DNA of 32,000 nucleotides. Source: an uncultured Gammaproteobacteria bacterium. GTDB lineage: Bacteria > Patescibacteriota > Microgenomatia > Daviesbacterales > UBA10151. The first letter of the stretch is position 1; each line of letters begins with the position of its first letter. The position numbers and the translations under genes were made by a program. Positions 6,186-12,625 of this stretch are shown here, piece after piece. The DNA is taken from assembly GCA_964360965.1 (NCBI GenBank), contig CAYHYM010000004.1, positions 32,796 to 64,795 on the forward strand, in the 5' to 3' direction. The notes under the pieces are model-generated. The model was given only the letters and a program-made list of their open reading frames with translations, was not told where the DNA came from and searched no databases.

Positions 6186-7916
6186 ATGGCATTAAAAAGA
6201 ACTACCCTAAGGATAGATGAAGACTTAAAAAAAGATACTCAACAGCGAGCCTTAGAGGAGAATACCACTCAACAAGAAATTCTCAATAGAGCTTTAAAGA
6301 AATATTTAAGAACTGAGGTTCAGAAAGAGCTTGCTAGGGAAACAGTGGCCGAGCCACAGGAAGTAACTACAAAAAAGGCTAGTTCGAGTAAACCAGCAGA
6401 TGTAATTGATTTGATATTTAGCTCACTGGATATCGAAGCCAGGGGTTTTATTAAAAAGGGAGATTTGATAGATGCCCTTAATTTTAGAGGAATTCTAGAG
6501 GATGACATTAGGATTAAAAATGTCATGGAGGCTTTGAGTAAAACTAATAAAGACGATGATATCCCCCCCCAAACCTTCCGCAGGATTGTTGGGCCGTACA
6601 TTACATTAATTGAAAAAGCCCTGACTGGTAGTCTGGTTATCCCCGATTTTAAGAATTTCTGTAGTTTTATTACTAATCTTTATAATCGCACAATTCAAAA
6701 CAAAGATGGCGAGGTTTCAGATTACATACCTGAGCTAAAAGGAGTTGACCCAAATAACTATGCTATTTCCATTTGTACTATAGACGGACAGAGATTTAAT
6801 TTGGGAGATTACAATACTCCCTATCTAGCCCAATCTACTGCCAAACCCATAAATTATTGTCTGGCCTTAGAAGAGCACGGCGAAGAAGTAGTTCATAAAA
6901 AGATTGGCAGAGAACCTTTAGGCAAAGGTTTAAATCAGTTGACTCTAAACAGTCAAGGATTGCCGCATAATCCTTTAAATGGTACAGGAGCAATTATGTC
7001 GGCCTCCTTGATTGGCCAAGAACTTTCCCTGGAAGACCGTTTTGAACAGGCTTTAAAGAAATGGAAGTCGCTTTCCGGAGGAATTAATCCTGGATTTTCA
7101 AAATCAGCTTACGATTCAGCTAAACATGTTGCGGATAAAGATCTGGCGCTAGCTTATTTTATGAGATTGAATCAGTTGTTTTCCAAAGGATCAAATTTAG
7201 AAGAATATTTGGACTTTCTGTTTAAATGCTTATCTATTGAAACTACCACTGAAGCTCAAGCAATTATTGCTGCCACTTTGGCAAACGCCGGAGTTTGTCC
7301 GACCAATGGGGAAGCCGTGTTAAAAATGGAGACTACAAAGAATTGTTTATCTTTGATGTATTCCTGCGGTATGGAAGATTACTCGTCTGAGTTTGCTTTT
7401 GCAATAGGACTTCCTGCTAAAAGCGGTATTTCAGGATCGATTATGATAGTTGTGCCTAATGTGATGGGAATTGCGATTTATTCTCCTAGGGTTGATAGTA
7501 ATGGCAATAGTGTTAAAGGATTAGATTTATGTAATAAATTAATCCAGAGATTTAATTTTCATAATTACGATAGCTTAACTAAAAAACTGGATAAAATTGA
7601 TCCCAGGCTTTTGAAAAATGAAAATAAAATGAGGGGCGTGATGGCTGTTTGTACTGCTGCTTCTCAGGGAGATCTATATGAGATCCAAAGGTTAGAGGCC
7701 TCGGGGGTTGCTTTGGATGAAGGTGATTATGATGCCAGAACCGGCATACATCTGGCAGCCTCGGAAGGTCACGAAGAGGTAGTTCGCTATTTTATTGAAA
7801 GAAGAGTGGATATTAACCCTAAAGACCGTTGGGGTGGGACACCTTTAGCTGATGCCATGAGAGGTAACCACACTGCGGTAATTGAACTGTTGGAGAAAAA
7901 TGGAGCCAGGCTATGA
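6186..7916 (+). CDS. glsA: kidney-type (GLS-like) glutaminase with N-terminal RHH domain, EF-hand-like region and C-terminal ankyrin repeats
   Basis: 576 aa. The RHH is TLRIDEDLKKDTQQRALEENTTQQEILNRALKKYL. Glutaminase core motifs: YIPELK, CTIDGQR, QSTAKP (Ser-x-x-Lys), GLPAKSGISG, VVPNVMG, GNSVKG, NFHNYD. Three ANK repeats follow (DYDARTGIHLAASEGHEEVV..KDRWGGTPLADA). Confidence 0.85.
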   Translation: MALKRTTLRIDEDLKKDTQQRALEENTTQQEILNRALKKYLRTEVQKELARETVAEPQEVTTKKASSSKPADVIDLIFSSLDIEARGFIKKGDLIDALNFRGILEDDIRIKNVMEALSKTNKDDDIPPQTFRRIVGPYITLIEKALTGSLVIPDFKNFCSFITNLYNRTIQNKDGEVSDYIPELKGVDPNNYAISICTIDGQRFNLGDYNTPYLAQSTAKPINYCLALEEHGEEVVHKKIGREPLGKGLNQLTLNSQGLPHNPLNGTGAIMSASLIGQELSLEDRFEQALKKWKSLSGGINPGFSKSAYDSAKHVADKDLALAYFMRLNQLFSKGSNLEEYLDFLFKCLSIETTTEAQAIIAATLANAGVCPTNGEAVLKMETTKNCLSLMYSCGMEDYSSEFAFAIGLPAKSGISGSIMIVVPNVMGIAIYSPRVDSNGNSVKGLDLCNKLIQRFNFHNYDSLTKKLDKIDPRLLKNENKMRGVMAVCTAASQGDLYEIQRLEASGVALDEGDYDARTGIHLAASEGHEEVVRYFIERRVDINPKDRWGGTPLADAMRGNHTAVIELLEKNGARL

Positions 7917-8218
7917 AAAGTGATATTAAGACAACCGGAGTAATGGCGCTTGACTGGGCAGCGGCTCAGGGAGATTTGCACGAGATTCAAAGGTTAGTCG
8001 CATCCGGCGCAGATTTGAACGAAGGTGATTATGATGGGAGAACCGCAATACATCTGGCAGCCTCGGAAGGACAGGAAGAAATTGTCAGGTATTTAATTGC
8101 GAAAGGTGTAAATATTAATCCTAGGGATCGTTGGGGTGGGACACCTTTAGCTGATGCCATGAGAGGTAACCACACCAAAGTTATAGAGCTTTTGAAAAAA
8201 CATAATGCACAGAAATAA
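7913..8218 (+). CDS. stand-alone ankyrin-repeat protein, tandem duplicate of the glutaminase C-terminus
   Basis: 101 aa, collinear with residues ~480-576 of the preceding gene. Nt 8129-8175 are identical to 7827-7873. ATGA start/stop overlap at 7913-7916. Confidence 0.75.
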   Translation: MKSDIKTTGVMALDWAAAQGDLHEIQRLVASGADLNEGDYDGRTAIHLAASEGQEEIVRYLIAKGVNINPRDRWGGTPLADAMRGNHTKVIELLKKHNAQK

Positions 8219-8229
8219 TCTAATTTCCT

Positions 8230-9330
8230 ATGAATGATAAACAAATTTCTCCTCCCAATAAAATAAAAGTTTATGTATTAAACACAGGTGGAACTCTGGG
8301 AATGGTGGGTAAACCGCTTCGTCCCGCTAAATCAGCTGCAGAGCTTTTAGAGGGAATTAATACTCCGCCTGAAGTGGAACTTATCATAGATGATTTTAAG
8401 TTTAGGCAGGATTCTACTAATATTTTGCATGCTGAAAGGCTAATGATGGCTAGGCAAATAGCCGAAAATTATAAAACCCATGATGCTTTTGTCATTATGC
8501 ACGGGACTGATTCTATGGCAGAAACAGCTGCAGCTTTTTGTATGTTCTTTAAATTATCTTTACAAAAGCCTTTAATTTTAGTTGGTGCTCAGATGTCTAA
8601 AGATGAGCCTGGTTCAGATGTACAACTGCAGTTATCAAATACTTTTAGAGTTGCCAGCGCCTTTCATAGATATAATATTGTGGGTGTTTATAATGTTTGT
8701 ATCGGTGATATTTGGGATGGGTCAAGGCTTAGGAAAAGAGCAGAGTCAAATTTCATGGCTTTTTACACTCCAGGTCGTCATCCGGTGGCCAGAATTTGGC
8801 CTCATATTCACTTTGATGAAGGGTTAAGATATAAAGATCCTGTTTTGGCAGTTCAGGATTTAAAGATTGATGGTGTGCTAGAGCGTAAAGTAGCTACTTT
8901 TAAAGTATCAGCAGATACACCTCCATGGGTAGTAATGGATCAAGTTTTAAAAAATCGCCTCAAAGGGGTCATTTTAGAGTGTAAAGGTGCAGGAAATATT
9001 CCAAATCGTGAATGGGAAGATTATGAAAACGGGACAACTTATTCATGGATTGATGTAATTGCGGCAGCAACTAAAGCTGGAATCCATGTGGGGATTATTT
9101 CACCTTTTGAAGATGGCAGAGTTATCCTAGGTCGTTATGAGCTGGGAGCAGAAGCACTTGAGGCAGGGGCAATTAGCTTAGAAAGTCTGACTCCAGATAT
9201 GGCAGATATTAAGTTTAGACAGGCTATTGCTATGTTTCCTACAGATAGAGAAAAAATTCAAGAATTTATTTCAACTAATATTATTGGAGAATTACTTACC
9301 GGAGCAGAAGATTCTGAGGAATTCATTTAG
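8230..9330 (+). CDS. ansA: L-asparaginase, type I family
   Basis: 366 aa. Contains the VLNTGGTLGM (TGGT) and HGTDSMAETAAA (HGTDTM) asparaginase motifs. Confidence 0.75.
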   Translation: MNDKQISPPNKIKVYVLNTGGTLGMVGKPLRPAKSAAELLEGINTPPEVELIIDDFKFRQDSTNILHAERLMMARQIAENYKTHDAFVIMHGTDSMAETAAAFCMFFKLSLQKPLILVGAQMSKDEPGSDVQLQLSNTFRVASAFHRYNIVGVYNVCIGDIWDGSRLRKRAESNFMAFYTPGRHPVARIWPHIHFDEGLRYKDPVLAVQDLKIDGVLERKVATFKVSADTPPWVVMDQVLKNRLKGVILECKGAGNIPNREWEDYENGTTYSWIDVIAAATKAGIHVGIISPFEDGRVILGRYELGAEALEAGAISLESLTPDMADIKFRQAIAMFPTDREKIQEFISTNIIGELLTGAEDSEEFI

Positions 9331-9340
9331 AGTAAGTTTT

Positions 9341-9385
9341 TTACCCAAGTTTAACTTCAGCCAGAATGTTATGTTTATGGAAGCC
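9341..9385 (-). pseudogene. displaced thpR/ligT 3'-end remnant (copy C, 15 codons)
   Basis: The minus strand reads GGCTTCCATAAACATAACATTCTGGCTGAAGTTAAACTTGGGTAA = GFHKHNILAEVKLG*. It lies 13 nt downstream of the degenerate hicA stop. Confidence 0.8.
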
Positions 9386-9398
9386 ATTTTTGTAGAAA

Positions 9399-9518
9399 TC
9401 AAAGTAATTCTTTAAGTTCATCTATGGAAATTTCCACTGACTTTAAAATACTCATTAGAGTTTTTCTTTTGAGAGCTTTAATGACCTCCTTTGGCTTAAC
9501 AACTGGAATTTTGGGCAT
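9399..9518 (-). pseudogene. hicA: hicA toxin gene with 105-nt in-frame internal deletion (39 codons left)
   Basis: Translates MPKIPVVKPKEVIKALKRKTLMSILKSVEISIDELKELL*. The intact paralogue at 31043-31267 has MPKIPIVKPKEVIKALQRK[35 aa including GSH]...KRKTLMSILKSAEISIDELKKLL. Too short to appear in the ORF track. Confidence 0.85.
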
Positions 9519-9782
9519 TTAAGAAAGAGTTTGCTGGATGGGTATATCAATTGTTGTCATAAAGCTGGGACCTTTTTCTTCAGGAACTATTTCATTATGT
9601 TTTTTTAAACTGGCAATATATACGCTGATAGCATCTTTAACCATCTCCACAGCTTCTTCCAAACTGTTACCTTCTGTGACACATCCTGGCAGAGCAGGTA
9701 CAATCACCACATACCCACCTTCTTCAGCTGGTTCAAAAATAGCAGTATATTTTAAGATTTTTTGAGAGATTTTCTTAGCCAT
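9519..9782 (-). CDS. hicB: HicB-family antitoxin (copy 1)
   Basis: 87 aa. YTAIFEPAEEGGYVVIVPALPGCVTEGNSLEEAVEMVKDAI is the HicB/UPF0150 fold signature. TAA-ATG junction with hicA. Confidence 0.8.
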   Translation of the reverse strand: MAKKISQKILKYTAIFEPAEEGGYVVIVPALPGCVTEGNSLEEAVEMVKDAISVYIASLKKHNEIVPEEKGPSFMTTIDIPIQQTLS

Positions 9783-9800
9783 GGAGTTATTATAGCATTT

Positions 9801-10367
9801 TCAAACTAACTTTACTTCAGCTAAAGTATTATGTTTGTGGAAACCTTCTTGGGGAACTGATTCAAACAGTTTAATGGAGGAAATTTTAATGGGATTAAAA
9901 GGCATGGCCATAAGTTTTTCCATTTCCACTTCTAATTTTTGATCTACTTTTAAATGGTTGTTGAGCTTGGCAATGGTGATATGAGGAATGAAACGACGTT
10001 CATCTGCTGTGAGCCTTAAAGTGGCCAAGCTATCTTTGATGCGCTCACGAATAAGTAAAATTTTATCTATATCCCCTTTGACTCCAATCCAAAGAACTTG
10101 AGGATGGTGGAGGTTTGGAAATCCATCAATATAGGCAGGGGTAACTTCAAATGCAGGAATATTCGCTACAGCATTTCTGATAATTTCAACTAATTTATCC
10201 TTTAATCCATCCGGTTGTTCTCCTAAAAAAGCTAAAGTCAGGTGAATTTTGTCTAAATCAGTAATTCTTACTTGAGTAATTAATGTATGCAATTTAGCTT
10301 GTATAGCTTGAAACTGCAATCTATTCTCTTTCGGAATTTCAAGTGCTATGAAAAACCTTATACCCAT
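9801..10367 (-). CDS. thpR: RNA 2',3'-cyclic phosphodiesterase / 2'-5' RNA ligase (2H phosphoesterase)
   Basis: 188 aa with two H-x-T-x motifs (HLTLAFLG and HITIAKL) at the expected spacing. Confidence 0.8.
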   Translation of the reverse strand: MGIRFFIALEIPKENRLQFQAIQAKLHTLITQVRITDLDKIHLTLAFLGEQPDGLKDKLVEIIRNAVANIPAFEVTPAYIDGFPNLHHPQVLWIGVKGDIDKILLIRERIKDSLATLRLTADERRFIPHITIAKLNNHLKVDQKLEVEMEKLMAMPFNPIKISSIKLFESVPQEGFHKHNTLAEVKLV

Positions 10368-10419
10368 AAATCATACTATATTTGACAACGCTTTTAAAAA
10401 GTGCCTACACTTAAATAGT

Positions 10420-10734
10420 ATGGCAATGGCGGTTGAAGCTCCCCCTCAGCCAAGAGCAAAAGCTGAAATAAGAGTTATTAAATCTGATCCTGAAGTTTTG
10501 GATGAGCAAGTACTCTATCAACAAGGAGCTTATAAAAGAGTCAGGCAATATCTACGAGGCTGGTATCCTAAATTGGGAGTTTTACATATGGGCTGGCAAG
10601 GTCAAGAAACCATTGTAGAAAGAGATGTTATTACAGCCAGTGTAAGATTTAGAGTAAGCCAGGGTATTGATAGGTATACCTTCACTGACTTGACAAATAG
10701 ACCGGGATTTCTTATTGTTAAAGCAACAACTTAA
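10420..10734 (+). CDS. hypothetical protein (tracked ORF 10348-10734; ATG 10420 preferred)
   Basis: The 10348 start would overlap the thpR start. TTGACA 10382-10387, an 18-nt spacer and TACACT 10406-10411 precede ATG 10420. No motif recognised. Confidence 0.4.
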   Translation: MAMAVEAPPQPRAKAEIRVIKSDPEVLDEQVLYQQGAYKRVRQYLRGWYPKLGVLHMGWQGQETIVERDVITASVRFRVSQGIDRYTFTDLTNRPGFLIVKATT

Positions 10735-10736
10735 TA

Positions 10737-10926
10737 TTTAATCAAGAGTGATGGGGAGGGAATTGGCCCGTTGATCCATCCAGCAACTGATTCGAGTTTT
10801 CGAGAATCCTTAAGCGACTAGCGAAGGACCTCTAGAAACCGACCGCGGTGCTACACCCAAGCCCGCAAGGGAGGATTAGGTCTTTTAAAGGCAAAAATTG
10901 AACCTCTCTTGATGAGAGGTTTTTTA
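10737..10926 (+). promoter_or_regulatory. SAM-I (S-box) riboswitch with terminator expression platform
   Basis: UUAAUC-AAGAG-UGAUGGGGAGGGAAUUGGCCCGUUGAUCCAUCCAGCAAC...GGUGCUACACCC-AAGCCCGCAAGGGAGG-GAUUAGG matches the S-box core (AUCAAGAG, GAGGGA, GGCCC, UGA..CC, CAGCAAC, GGUGCUA). P1 pairs 10737-10743 with 10874-10880. P4 has a GCAA tetraloop. A terminator follows. Confidence 0.8.
10901..10926 (+). terminator. intrinsic terminator of the riboswitch expression platform
   Basis: AACCTCTC-ttgat-GAGAGGTT followed by a T run. The 5' arm plus loop (CTCTTGAT, 10907-10914) is complementary to ATCAAGAG (10741-10748), allowing an alternative pairing. Confidence 0.7.
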
Positions 10927-10944
10927 ATGAGAAGGAGGTGAAAT

Positions 10945-11304
10945 ATGGAAAGAAAAGAATTAATGCAGCAGTTAGTAGCTGAAGGAAGAACAAAACCTAG
11001 GGGTTTACTGACTATTATATTTGACGAAGAGAGTGAGTATGTCAGATTTGTGCGTGAGGCATATAATAGGTTTGGTGGTGAAGGATTAGAATTTACTAAC
11101 GTTCCGATTATCCTTAGTGCCCGTGTTAGACCCGGCCTATTGGAGCAAACCTGGGAAGAATTTAACTATAGACCAGTTACTAAAGAGGATTTAGATAAAG
11201 TTAGGGAGGAATTAAAAAAATGGAAGCCATGGGATCCGGCAATACTAAAAGATGGACATGTTCCAGGTTTTGCAGAACCAAAGGAAATATATATTGATTG
11301 GTAA
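10945..11304 (+). CDS. hypothetical 119-aa protein controlled by the SAM-I riboswitch
   Basis: Strong SD (GAAGGAGGTG) 5 nt upstream of the ATG. No recognisable domain. Confidence 0.6.
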   Translation: MERKELMQQLVAEGRTKPRGLLTIIFDEESEYVRFVREAYNRFGGEGLEFTNVPIILSARVRPGLLEQTWEEFNYRPVTKEDLDKVREELKKWKPWDPAILKDGHVPGFAEPKEIYIDW

Positions 11305-11465
11305 ATGCTTTTTAAGTTCCTTCATGCCAAGCAAGACTGAAAAGCCAATATAGGCTGCCTTAAGACGCATTTTTGGCATATCTTATAGTATACCAGGTAG
11401 CTGTTTATAAATCAAATAATGTTTATTTAACAGAAGTTTTTGTGATACTATTATTTTAAGCATTT

Positions 11466-12611
11466 ATGGAAGGAAAAGAGTCTGCCCCTATCAAAGTTAG
11501 GGCTGCTAATACTGTTGCCAGTTTCCTACTTTTTGCTATGTCTGCAACAGGTTGTAACCTAAACTTTCCAGGAAGCTCATCAGAAGATTCTCAGGAGTTA
11601 CTAAATAGATCTACCCCTGTTGATCCGGAATTAGGCAAAAGATATAGGCAAATAATTGAGGAATCTGTAGGACAAGACTGTGAATTACCAGAAGTAGGAT
11701 TTAGGTCAATCAGAAGACCGACAGTATTTCTACCACGCTTTAGAACAGAAGGATATATGATTCCACCTCTTTCTGATGGAGAAACAGCCAATATAATAAT
11801 CCCCACCTTAAGTAAACGTGACCCGATAGTGGCTCAAAGTGCCAAAGAAGCAGGAGTCACCAGAGAAGAATATAAAAAAGCAATGGAAAATGTCACAATA
11901 ATTCATGAAGGTATCCACCTTTGTTCACCTTTTGAAACATCAGATCAAAAACATCCAAATCCGGTAATAGTTGATTATACAAAGCCTGATGTGCAACGGG
12001 ATCGTAGAGGAGTATATAAATTAAATTATCAAGTCCGCAGATTAGAAATTGCACCCTTTTCAGGTTTGGGTTTAATGATTGAGGAAAGTAAAATATACTC
12101 TGATGGGACAGTTGAAATTCATAAGCTATATCAGGAAGAGGGAGATACAGAGGAGCTTATTACCCACTCTATCACTCCTCAAAGAGTATTAAAAAAATAT
12201 GGAGCTGATTCTTTAGAATATAAAGCCTCTCAAGAGTCAGGGTATCCAACAGGAAGGACGGTTCTGACAAATATTTTTGCAACAAAAGAGGTAGGATTTG
12301 ATGATATTATCGGGGCAAAACAGAAAAATGATGCTAAAGCTATCTTTGAGATGGTAAAACAGGGGGTTGAGGAGATAGGCAAAAGAGCCGGGATTGAAAG
12401 AAAAGTTACTGATGAGAACCACTCTAATTTTGTGCTATATAACTTTTTCAGTCAGCTTTCTACTGAAAGAGCAGCTAAAAATGAAATTAACCCGAACCTG
12501 CTTATTGATTATTTAAGTAACTATTTCTTTGGTAAAAACTTTAATAAAACAACTGCTAAAGAGAGAGAACAGATGATATCTGTTTACAATCAAGTTTTCA
12601 TCAAACGATAA
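11466..12611 (+). CDS. putative lipoprotein with HExxH zinc-metallopeptidase motif
   Basis: 381 aa. The N-terminal signal ends in a lipobox-like SATGC. IIHEGIHL contains HExxH. Confidence 0.5.
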   Translation: MEGKESAPIKVRAANTVASFLLFAMSATGCNLNFPGSSSEDSQELLNRSTPVDPELGKRYRQIIEESVGQDCELPEVGFRSIRRPTVFLPRFRTEGYMIPPLSDGETANIIIPTLSKRDPIVAQSAKEAGVTREEYKKAMENVTIIHEGIHLCSPFETSDQKHPNPVIVDYTKPDVQRDRRGVYKLNYQVRRLEIAPFSGLGLMIEESKIYSDGTVEIHKLYQEEGDTEELITHSITPQRVLKKYGADSLEYKASQESGYPTGRTVLTNIFATKEVGFDDIIGAKQKNDAKAIFEMVKQGVEEIGKRAGIERKVTDENHSNFVLYNFFSQLSTERAAKNEINPNLLIDYLSNYFFGKNFNKTTAKEREQMISVYNQVFIKR

Positions 12612-12625
12612 GTTAACAGAAGTGA

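Noticed and set aside
11305-11330. TTTTAAGTTCCT (11309-11320) matches the ATPase/hicA 3'-end region at 31839-31851, possibly another remnant.
   Set aside because: Only a 12-nt A/T-rich match with no extended or codon-structured homology, so it is compatible with chance.
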